From: Antedon mediterranea
Lineage: Eukaryota > Animalia > Echinodermata
Length of the DNA: 64,000 bases
NCBI RefSeq assembly: GCF_964355755.1
Contig: NC_092671.1
Location: 24,130,070 to 24,194,069, forward strand
Reading direction: 5' to 3'
Below the pieces are notes generated by a model. It had not been told where the DNA came from and made no database searches. It was given only the letters and a program-made list of their open reading frames with translations. Shown here in pieces: positions 52,766-64,000 of this stretch (position 1 is the first letter of the stretch; every line of letters begins with the position of its first letter). A program made the position numbers and the translations under genes.

Positions 52766-55088
52766 GGGTGTCACGAAATCTAAGACTCCTAAGACCTAAG
52801 ATCACAAAAGCTAAGACCCAAGATTACAAATTCCAAGATATACTGCAGCTTAAAAACAATACTTGTTTATCCATACATAATTTTAAACATAGTAGATTTC
52901 ATTTATTACTATAAATATAATTAAATACTACCGCAAAACAGACATAAATTCACATTATTTTCGCCCGTTGAGTAATGTATATTTTTTCTTTACAACAAAC
53001 AAACTTGACGGGTTGTTTGTTGGTATATATTTACTCCATTGTGTTGGTTCAGAGGATATTTTTCTTTCGCACTTGCCTTTCTTGTATTTTGACTCCAAAT
53101 TTGTTAAGTAACTATATCCTGAATACCACACTTTAAAATTAGGACTTTCAGAAGGAGAAACACATAAAAACAAATAAGTAAATCCTTTAAATTAATGATT
53201 TTACAGACACGTTTCTTTGTATACTGTAACTCCTCCCCATGCTAAATGTTTTTGTTTCTATGGAGCACCAAAAGAGCAACAATAATAGTACAAGTATAAA
53301 AACAGAAAGAAAACGAAACAAAAAAACTTGATTGATTTTTAAATTAAAATTTATTTTCGAGTATTTATTTCTACTTACTAGCATGGTTATACAGTCAACT
53401 CTCCCAATACCACACACCCTTGGGCGGGCATATATTTTCCGGTTTTTCGAAAGTCCGGTTTCCTGTAAACATATTTTTAAAGTCATCACGTTGTCACTGA
53501 AAATGCTTTGAATCACCGGTCCGAACGCTGCCCGGCGGTACAGTCTCCTAGCGTAGGGAAGGCCTAGGGCTAGACTATGATTGTGTCAATCTAGTTTTAA
53601 TTAAATAAATACTGATAGGCCTAGGCCTACTTTATTAATATTAAGCTAATTAAATTTACCTTTTTTAAAAGTTACATTATTTACTGTACCAATAAAACAT
53701 GTTACAATAGTAAATTATTGTTTCTCAATGTGTTTTTAACGGCAAAAAGGCCTACGTATCATGTACGTACGGTGAACATAATTACGGTCTGTTTATTGTT
53801 TTTCGTGAGCAGCAGCAGCATGGGTGAAAGGGCTTTGATTGATGCGCATGTGCAGAGGTGTCATAATCAAATAAAAACGCCCACACCAGCCTAGACCACA
53901 TGTTTTTTAAGCTCCTTTATTTTAACGTAATTTGATAGCAATGATGAAAATTGATTAGGTAAACGAGCCAAACAATAATGACACAATAACTAATTGGTAA
54001 CATTTCAAAGTTTCTTAACACTAGTTAAGTCAAGTTCATTCCGTTTACGTTTTGCCATAATGATTTCCAAATTTAGTGAAACATTCCTTTTTAAAGTCCT
54101 ATTGCAATTGTGAATTTAACAATAATTTAAACAAAACAAAGACACAAAGTGGAATGTAAATTGAACTTTATTAAAAAACAATTCATATGCTAAAAAACAG
54201 GGAGTTGTTAACAACTCCCTGCTAAAAACAATAGACATTAATTAAGACATAGCGCTTCGATGTGAAAAAGCCCACCGCAGTTCGATACGCAACAAAGCAA
54301 TTGCCGCCTCGTGGGTTAACAATGAACTGACCTGTCGATCACAGTGTAGCGCTCCATGGCAACATTATTTGATCGTACCGCGAAACGTCGCGCACTTCAT
54401 GCATGGCCGGTGAGGGTATGGTTAAAAGCTATCGTTGTGAATGTATTGAATCCGAGTCAGCGACGACGATGTTACGTTGTTTTCGTAAATATTTGGAGTT
54501 TTTTAACTGTCAGTCCGGTTTTCAGACGCTAATTTTCGTGTTTTGTACTTCATAATTTGTCCGGATTCCGGAATTGGGTATTCCGGTTTTCATAATAAAT
54601 TACAGTACATTTAGAATAGGGACAAATTGGGCCCTCCAAAAAAGTCCGGTTTTTCGTGAATTCCGGTTTTGGGAGAGTCCGGTATTGGGAGAGTTGACTG
54701 TACTATTATCATTACAATTTTAATTTTACATTGTTCCATCCACACTGTAGATGGACTCCACAGAGTTTTCAGCCCTCTATATAATTTTTGCTCTTTTGAC
54801 GTTCCATAGAAACAAAATTATTGAACATAGGGTAGGCCTACCTAGTCATGCAAAATTCAGTATGTGTGCGAGAAAACGTCTGTAAAGTCATCAATTTAAA
54901 AATGTATTTGTTACTTTTATGTGATCCTTTTTAATAAATAAAAGTGCTAATTCTAAGGTGTGGTATTCAGAATAAATGTTGGAGTTAAAATACAAGGCAG
55001 GTGCGAAAGATAAATATTTGTAATCTTAGGTCTTGGGGGTTAGCATTTGTGATCTTAGCTTTCGTGGTCTTAGGTTTCGTGACACCCC
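52766..55088. mobile_element. Non-autonomous TIR element with ctaaga subterminal repeats
   Basis: gggtgtcacgaaa.ctaagac / gtcttaggtttcgtgacaccc ends; internal inverted cassette shared with 38600-39430. Confidence 0.7.
53392..54700. mobile_element. Tc1/mariner (pogo-type) non-autonomous element
   Basis: cagtcaactctcccaatacc / ggtattgggagagttgactg TIRs with TA TSD. Confidence 0.85.
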
Positions 55089-55155
55089 TCACATACATGG
55101 TGGGTCATGTGAAAGGTTTGTTTCACATGACCCACCATGTATGTGAGGGGTGTCA
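55080..55155. repeat. Perfect 35-bp-stem hairpin with 6-nt loop
   Basis: tgacacccctcacatacatggtgggtcatgtgaaa-ggtttg-tttcacatgacccaccatgtatgtgaggggtgtca. Confidence 0.95.
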
Positions 55156-55604
55156 AGGTTTACATACACAACGGAATTAAGGTACGTTTAGTCCTCCTAT
55201 GCTAGCCTGTGTGTTTATCACTACCAGCAGCCAGACATTGGAGTAGACTGTTGGTACTCTTCTGTGTATAATAGTTAATACTACTCGACTACCAGGGGGC
55301 AAGAGTCCTGTCTAGAAGGTAAGCTACTGTAGTACGCCTTGTGTAATAACTGTAGTAGCTTGGCACCCTCGGCCGATTCACAACAGTGGCATTATATACT
55401 TTTGTACTGGTTTTGAGTGATTAGATGCTTCTTAGCAGTCTTAATCAGTAAAACAGTTTTTATCTAATTAATAGCTATAAATATTTTTAAAATGAAATAA
55501 ATATAAAAATTAAATATTAACTAGGCCTATTTTATCTTTTTTATTACAGATTTTATTTCCAAAAATTAAATCAAGATCAGTAAAATAAATTACTGTAGGC
55601 CTAG

Positions 55605-58383
55605 GGTTTAAGTAAAAGAATTATAAGTTTGACTTAATATACTAATAAAACCATTTTTTTAAACATTTACTCTACTAAAAGGAATATGAAAAGTAGGATT
55701 TCTTCTAAGACAACGACTAGGGACTTTAAGATAAAAATTACTAACTAAGTTACAGTCAAATAAAGAATTAACACATTTATACAAAAAAACAAGATAAAAA
55801 AATTCTGGTTGTGGCTTATCTAGCGTAAAAAACGGTTGTGCAGACGCTGAATGCGCGTAGACTGAGTTTTCGAAATAGAATTAAAAATAAAAAAATAATT
55901 GAATAATAAAGGTGGATTTTGGTTTGCCTGTCAAAATGTTTACAATTACACCACATCAGCCCAAGCAGTCTATTGCACTTGCCAACAAGATAATCAATAT
56001 GAAAAGAAAAACAAAGCCCGGAACTATCAATAAAAACACCAAGATCTTTTTGTGATTGCACCCTATTAATGGGATTGTCATTAATTAAATAATTATGAAA
56101 TAAAATGTTCTTTTTCAAAGTAATAGTTAAGATATTGCACTTTACTGGATTGAAGGACATACCCCATAAAGCTACCCAAGAACATAATTTGTCTAAGTCC
56201 ACCTGAAGTCTGTCAGCATCCTCAACACTACCGATAATTTTGTATAGCTTAACATCATCAGCAAACATAAGACATCTGTGGGTAAAGAGTTTTGGGATAT
56301 CATTGACAAAAAGATTGAAAAGGAGAGGACCAAGAATTGATCCCTGAGGGACACCGAAATGAATAGGAAGCCATTCAGAGGATATACCTTCAATGACCAC
56401 TGTCTGGAACCTACCATTAAGATAACTACAAAACCAGGAGATAAAATCATTATGAAAACCAAAACGTTTTAATAAGAGTAAATTATGAGGAACAAAATCG
56501 AACGCCTTAGAAAAGTCTGTGTAAATAATATCACATCGCTTCCTGTCATCAATAGCTTCGTAGATGGTGGTCAAAAGGGTGGCAAGGTTTGTTTCACATG
56601 ACCCACTAGTCACAAAGCCATGCTAACAGGAAGCAATGGCAGGAGAAACATGAGTCGAAATATGGTTAAAAACAATTTTTTCAAACAATTTAGAAATGGT
56701 AGGCAACAGAGAGGTAGGTCTATAGTTAGAAATCAATTTCTTGGTCATCCCCCCCCCCCCCTCTTATGAATAGGAACAATATTGGAACGTTTCCAAACGG
56801 AAGGAAATTTTCCGGTTTGAAGAGATCTTTGAAGAGGAAAGAAATAGGAATAGATAGAGGACGGGAACAGACTTTAAGAACATAGTTACTGAGATTATCA
56901 CATCCAGATGCCTTATGAGTCTGAATGGATGACAGAAACGAGTTAACAATTTCAGATTGAATAATTGGAGCATTGAGAATGCCGACAGAAGCTTTAGGCA
57001 GACGTTGGTGTTCATCAGTGACAGAAGGTCCAGATCTAAAAACTGAATGAAAATAACTGTTAAATAAAGCAGCCTTATCATTTGTTGTCTCCGCGACCTT
57101 GTGCCCATGCGACATAACCGAAGGATAAGAAGACGATTTAGTTTAGGTCTTTATCCACGACCAGAAGCGTTTGGGATTTGCCTTAAGATTCCCAGAAAGT
57201 GATTGCATATAACTTTTATATTTAAGTTTCATAAGGACTTCAAATTCTTTTCTTGCAACGGAAAAAGCATGTTTTGATTCATGTGTATTAAGTCGTTCAG
57301 AGATACGAAAACATTTCTCTTTGTTTTTGAGAGAGACTCTAACTTCATTATCAAACCATGGCGGCATTTTTCTATTGTCTAACAATAGGCACAAGATCAC
57401 GGAGAGCAGCATCAACTAAATCATAAAAAAGGGAAACACTATCGTTAATATCATTGCACATATGGATTAAATCAAAAGGTATAAAATTAAAAGCATTTAA
57501 AAGATCATCATTATTTACAGCCTTGAAACAATATAGTTGTCTTGAATCTCTAGAAAAGTGTTTTTGAATTGAAATTTTAAGAATAAATGAAATTGAAGAA
57601 TGATCAGATTCAAAAATATTCTGACCAGCAGAAATATCCGATATTAAATCAATTGAATTATTACACAAAATTAAATCTAAGACGTTATTATTGCACGTTG
57701 GATTGACATTTCAGTGCACTGAAACAAATTATGTCCATTAATAAAACAGTCAATAAAAAGTTCACCCAATGAGTTAGCAGGTGCAGTTCCAGATCCATCA
57801 TTGGTCCACGTAATTTCAGAAAGTTTTAGATCTCCAATAAGATCAACAATATGATGCCCTGACTACATGGCTGATGCATCTTCAACTGATTGCGCTAGTT
57901 GCAACATGACATCTCTTCCGATGTTGGGTGGCGTGTAAATAACAGCAACCAGCACTCGTTTTGTCTTAGCTTAATTTCAACCCAGAGGATTTCAATATTT
58001 GGTTTTTCAAGGTGCTCCAGACGTCGAGATTAGAAGCTAGGAAAAGAACACCACCACCTCTTCTGCCATTGTTCCTGTCCCTTCTATGAATTGTAAAACC
58101 ATCACAGTAAAGTTCTGAGTCAAGAACCGTTGAATTTAGCCAAGTCTCGGTAAATGCAACAAAGTCAAACGTATTATTAATGAGGTGCACATTCAGTTCA
58201 GAATGATATGTGTCCACCTTGTTTTTCAGGTTTCTAATATTTTGGTAATAAAATGTTGGATTATTACTGTTGTTACTTGTGTTTGTGTTATCACTAGCCC
58301 TGTCCTTGTTTTCCTCTGCTGGGCCTGGATTTTGTTCAATATATTATCACCGCATAAGGAAAGTTCCGGCTGAAAACTTGATG
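55605..58383 (-). mobile_element. CR1-clade LINE copy 2, 5'-truncated and frameshifted
   Basis: ORF fragments 55816..58217 nearly identical in protein to copy 1; begins ~35 bp upstream of a disrupted 2A motif. Confidence 0.93.
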
Positions 58384-58600
58384 TAATTTATTATTTATTC
58401 ACAACTATTAATTATTTTTTATGTTATTAGTACCTTTAATATATTCTTTCAAAGTTACAATCGTTTATTTTATAATTCCCTAAGCTATTTCATCACTAGC
58501 CATCACAACAATGAATGACCTCTTGACCCATGTGGAAAATTTCACGTCTTTAGCGCAAACTAAAGAAAGGGGGTACCCTCCACTTACATGTAGGTAAGTC

Positions 58601-60170
58601 CAGCGGCGTATCCAGGATTTTGAAGTTGGCGGGGCCGGGAATTTGCCGACAAAATTAGTGTCATTATCTGTACATATACCTGATCAATATATGTTCTAGG
58701 ATTGCATAGTCATATTGTCTTTTATATAACACCAAAATAAATTCCTGTCATTTGATTGGACAATTGTGGGTCACATGGCGTGCAATAGTACGCACTTTTT
58801 TAAACATTTTTGTGTATGAACAAAAAAACGTTTCGCGGATGAAAACAAATCTAGTATACAAAAAGTACTGTGAAATACAACAGCGCCACCTGTTGTCCTG
58901 CCTCTGTTTGTAAACACCACCGCGAGATATGCAACAGCAGCAGATTTTTGTGTACGATTTGGAGATATATATGTACTAATTTCATTCAAAAAGACATTTA
59001 AATTAGCTTTAGATCGCTTTTAGGAGTTTGATTAATTAATGGGGACATCCCTACAAGACGTGGAATTGTTGGAAAAACCATAATTAGCCTAGATAAGTTC
59101 CAATTGTCTGTCGAAGTTTTGCCTTTCAGCCAAGCTAGTACAACTACCAGGTCTAGCCTAGCTAGGCCTGTTAGTATTAGGCTAAGCCTAGGCGATTTAG
59201 CCTTGCTAGGCCTAGGATTGTTTGGTCGTTGGTTGACATAATTAACACTAAAGTAGGTGTGTTTATAAAATCCATATAAATATAACATTTAATATAATAT
59301 TAAAAACCAATGTGAATGAAATGTAGGCCTCTTGGCTAGGGCTACCTTTTATTTGATTCAAATGACAGGAATCTATAAAATTAGATGTTTATAAAAGTTA
59401 AAACAAATAATGAATGTTTTATATTCGTGTAATGGTACAAATAATGGCATTTGGTGAATGACGAAAGGTTATATCAACTCGGCGTTGCCTCGTTGATATA
59501 ACCTTTCATCATTCACCTCATGCCGTTATTTGTACCATTACACTCATAAACATTAATTATTGTATAATATGGGATAACGATGCAAAATTAAAACCAAACC
59601 AACATTATCTGTTAGTATGTTGTATTCATACTGTATTATAATAAAGAAAGAATTATGAAAATCTGACTTGTAGTTTTAGAAATATAGGGTCGAAAACATT
59701 GCCGAAAATGATCGTTATGGTATGTGCTTTTTCTTTAAAAAATTTGAATAATAAAGGCCTCATATCGAGAAAAAAAAATGGTTTTTGGCACTTTATAATA
59801 TATCTTAGAGAAAAAAGCACATGGCATGTGGAAGTATATAATTTTAGCGTAGGAAGACATACAAATCCATCCCAGGTCATGAGAGGCTCAACTGCAAAAA
59901 CAAGGTTGAATGAATAGGGTAAGGTCACCGGACCGTTCAAAGCTAGACTTTTGAGTAAACAATCTAGTGCGTACGGCCGTACATACGTGCTACTGTAGAT
60001 GATTTTTTACGTGTTTGGTTAGATGTAATAAAAATAAAAAATTATGTTTACAGTTTAATTATTGTCAGAATAATAGTTTATTCTTATTTGCCTAACTTAA
60101 TTTTTTCTCCCGCCACCTTTATTTGCCGACGGACGCGATGATGTGCCGACGGACACTAGATACGCCACTG
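58601..60170. mobile_element. Non-autonomous hAT element
   Basis: cagcggcgtatc / gatacgccactg TIRs; 8-bp TSD ggtaagtc. Confidence 0.85.
58720..59570. mobile_element. Nested repeat with long subterminal hairpin (Crypton-like non-autonomous, tentative)
   Basis: ~55-bp imperfect stem at 59428-59541 (aaaggttatatcaac..ggc-gtt-gcc..gttgatataaccttt); no TSD seen. Confidence 0.4.
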
Positions 60171-60844
60171 GGTAAGTCACATAGTGACGTGATACTGTAT
60201 ACCTACAAACTGCATTTTACAATACCTCAATAAATAAAATATCTTATGGACTAGTCCATTTTAGGATTGTCTTACTATTATGGAATGCAGAAGAAAAACC
60301 AGCTAATTGGACCAGCCATGTGGCCTGATCTAATTAGCGGTAGGTTGGTTTTTAATTAATATTTTTTCATTATTGTCACTTTAAATATGTAATTGTAAAC
60401 ATATTTTCAATTAATTTTAAACTTAATAAACAAATAAATATGAATTGTTTGTGTTTTATTTATGCTTTTAAACACCGCGATCTTGTTTACGTTTAAAAGT
60501 TGAACATTCTCAGTCACGTGACCAGACTCGAGCGGCGTATCAATTAAAAGCATTACCGCAAATTGGGCACTGTAAACTGGTGCACAGTTACCGCTGTGGT
60601 ACATCGGCCGTCCTTAGATATTAACGAATTATTATTAATTAAGTGGCCATTGTTTATTTTTTTATGTATTTTAATAAAGTTAAAGGATATACATTATTAA
60701 TAATTGACAATTGTTGTATTCACTTGCAACTATAACACATTTAACGTAATAATGATTTTACCTTTACCTAACCGCAAATTGGTACATCTACCCTAGTATT
60801 TATCAAGTACATGCAAGGTATATTTTATGAGCACATAAGTTTTC

Positions 60845-60846
<2 letters not shown>

Positions 60847-60907
<61 letters not shown>
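60847..60907. repeat. (TTA)n microsatellite
   Basis: About 20 tandem tta units. Confidence 0.95.
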
Positions 60908-60909
<2 letters not shown>

Positions 60910-60939
60910 TATGACTAATGTTATTTAATGTATAATTAA

Positions 60940-63480
60940 GTTTCAGTTTTTATTTTCCAATATAAACAAGTGTAATGAATATATGCAAAAATGGAAGGAT
61001 GACCAAAAAAGAGCAAAGCTCGTACAGATCAGTATTTAGCCACCTTAACAAAATAATTAATACATGATACAAATATAATTGAAGCACAGGACGAGACAAT
61101 ACTGGCTAAACATGTGAACTCAAAGATAGAGCGATAAAACCAAAATAAGCAAAAGAACAATGTAAATGTAACATATTTGTAACACTCATTGATAAGTTAA
61201 GAGCAAATTATTTTTATACAACTTTTTAAATACTTTGACATGATGAATTACGAATAGAAGCATCAATACTGTTCCATAAAATTGGACCATGTCCTCCGAT
61301 AGTGTTTCTACCCATATCGGTAACAAAATTATAAGGACGATAAGTATCAAAGAACCTGATGCCATAATTATGAACTGAGTTTACTCTAACAAAATAATTA
61401 GAAAAGTTAGCTGGTAATAAATTATTCTTAAATTTGTACATGAAAACACCTTTTGATAACTTATGAATATCATACACAGTTAAGTTGTTAAGACGAGCAA
61501 ATAATGGTGGTGAATCAAGGAATTGAGAATTTGTGCATAAACGCATTATGCGCTTTTGTTTGCAATAAACAGTTTCAAGGCGACAGTTATTGTGGCCAGC
61601 CCAAATCAAGCTGCAGTATTGAATATGAGGAAGGACTAGAGTCTTGTATAAGGATGCTAGAACATGGACATGTGAAATTGGTTTTAGCCTAAAAAGAATA
61701 CCAGAATATTTTGAAACTAAGTTTGCAATATGGATTGTATGTTGATTCCAGGTTACTGTAAGCATTCGTCCATTATTACACCAAGAAATTTACAACTAGT
61801 TACACGAGAGATGTTATTATTATCAATGAAAATGTTAAGGTCATTGTAAACACGGTTACTATATCTGTTCTTAAAAATCATATAATTAGTTTTATTAGCA
61901 TTAAGCGATAACTTATTTGCTTTAAACCAACTCGAGATATTCGAGAGATCGGAATTAACATTATCAACTAGACGGTTTAAAACATTATCTGAAATTAAAA
62001 GGTTAGTGTCATCTGCATATAAAATAAGATTGGAGTGTTTACAGATGTTTGCTAAATCATTAATGTAAATAATAAAGAGTAGCGGGCCTAAAATTGAGCC
62101 CTGTGGAACACCACAAAAATTGTTTAAAGAAGAAGAACTATGATAATTAAAAGAGATATATTGCTTTCTATCCGCCAGGTAACTTCTGAACCAATCAAAG
62201 GCAACACCACGTATACCATAATGCTGTAGTTTAGACAGGAGAATGTCGTGATTAATGCACTTGTCAATTGTATGACGCACTATACGACCCCCGGGAGAGG
62301 TGCGTCATTTGTCCGATGTGAGTCATACCTTTGTATACCATGACGCACCCCTGCGTCAAAAAAGTGACTTACCTTTACTAGACAATGACGCACCTATTTT
62401 TAAATTATTGACAGACCTTTTAGTGAATTATGACGCACCATGACTGTCTTTTTGACGTACCTTCACTGACGATTGTTGACCCCGACTACTGCAGTGCATG
62501 CAGTGTTATATCAAAAATCTCAAACTAATACGCGTGTCTGGTGCTATATGGAGGCGCGCCAGGGTCGTCGATCGATGTTAATCAGGCCGGCTAGGAACGT
62601 TCTCGCGCGCGCGATCACACAAAGATTGGAACGGCTATTTATAATACAAATATTATGTCATTTTCCAGTTTGGCCGATAGAGGGCGCGAGTGATGACGCT
62701 CTCAAGCGTGACAATGTACAACCTGGCCGCCCCTCCGCGATCGTCAAGGCCTTGTTTTCAGGCTTTTTGGGTGGCGCGGGTCGGTGGTAAAGTGACGGAC
62801 ATTGACGCACCATTGAACATTGAGGCGACGCACCATTTGGGTTCTTTGACGCACCCCTGTGTCATTAATTATTTGTAAATGACGCACCCATGACGCACCA
62901 CTCCCGGGGGTCGTATAGTGCGTCATACAATTGACAAGTGCATAACAGTGTCAAAGGCCTTTGAAAGGTCCAGAAATATCCCAAGAACATGCTTTTTCTT
63001 ATCTAATTCAGAGATTATTTTATCATATGCTTGTAGAACAGCCATTTCAGTAGACATGTTTGGGCGGAAACCAAATTGGTTTTCTTGCAATAAATTAAAT
63101 CGAGAAAAATAATTATAGAGTCTTTTATGAATTATGCGTTCTAAAACTTTGGAGAAAACGGGCAGTACCGAGATGGGCCTACAATTGCTAAATTTAACAG
63201 TCTCACCATGTTTAAAGACGGGAATTATCTTGGCAATTTTCAGCTTCTCCGGGACAATACCGGTAGCTAGTGATAAATAAAAAATATGAACAAGTGGAGA
63301 TGCTATTAATTCCCCAACAGATTTAATAATATCTGGTTTAATAATATGTCATCGAAGCCGCTGCTAGCACCAGATTTCAGATTTCTGAATATTGTGAGTA
63401 CTTCATCTTTATCAGTTGGTAAAAAAAACAGAGAGCTAACGGGTGATTTTATGTTATTTATAAAATAATTAAAAGTAATA
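60940..63480 (-). mobile_element. L2/CR1-superfamily LINE (RT and 3' part), frameshifted, split by a MITE
   Basis: RPISVLP, QFGFRP, DLSKAFDTV|NHDILL, GVPQGSILGPLLFIIYINDL, YADDT, LYKTLVLPHIQYC. Confidence 0.88.
62256..62942. mobile_element. PIF/Harbinger (Tourist-like) MITE
   Basis: ~40-bp TIR tgcacttgtcaattgtatgacgcactatacgacccccgg; TAA TSD whose removal restores the LINE codons GTT AAT CAC; internal tgacgcac repeats. Confidence 0.88.
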
Positions 63481-64000
63481 TCAGATTGAGTTCGAATGCC
63501 TTTAATGTCTGCATTCACCTTGCTCATTTGAGCGTCAAACCGGGAGTTCATATCAGCGTCCAATTTGGTTAACAATGCATGCAATGTACAGTATGCATGT
63601 TTACCTCATTGTCTACAGGTGGCTGGTCCGGTTGGCTACTGCGGGTTTGTCTACTACTGACCTCGTTGGTAGTCATGGTTTTAAAATTAGGAAAACCAGT
63701 AAAATAGAGCAAAATAAATCATAAAATATATAATTTGTTGAGACTGTGCGTCTATAATTCTCAATAGTCGATAAATAGTAATTAAATTAAAGTCTAGTTT
63801 GGTCGGATTTAGGACATTTTCCGCAGCACTATTTTATCCGTGTCCGCTCTCCATCATGAAGGTTCAATTCAATTTTTTTTAAATATACTGTAGGCCTATA
63901 GAATAGATGTTTCAGAACGTATGGTTTATTATTGTTAGAATATTACATACCTACCTGGCCTGGCCATATGGTTAAAAAAAGGATTGTATAAAATTTTTTT

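Noticed and set aside
62473-63112. ORFs starting MRHTIDKCI on both strands and neighbours
   Set aside because: Artefacts of the MITE terminal inverted repeats fused to LINE sequence

Overview
AT-rich, repeat-dense animal genomic DNA (intron/exon structure and repeat types suggest a marine invertebrate, possibly an echinoderm; the taxon is an inference). The only host gene is a complete 14-coding-exon TFIP11 (spliceosome disassembly factor, G-patch) on the minus strand, 45903 to 11772. Its exons, assembled by hand from GT-AG boundaries, give an intact 793-aa ORF. Nearly all of its ~18.9-kb first intron is one giant PIF/Harbinger-derived palindrome (26987-45560, centre near 30460) carrying transposase sequence in both arms, with a 177-bp near-identical tract, and expanded by nested insertions. 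Other content: two inverted copies of a CR1-type LINE whose ORF starts with a signal-peptide-like, Cys-rich leader and a 2A/StopGo motif; a Penelope fragment; a Penelope-type minimal hammerhead motif; a 5S-derived SINE; a tRNA-like cloverleaf; several decayed LINEs; and many non-autonomous DNA transposons classified by termini and TSD (IS3EU-, hAT-, Academ-, Kolobok-, Sola-, Tc1/mariner-, Harbinger- and Helentron-like). All alignments were done by eye, so identities and some boundaries are approximate.
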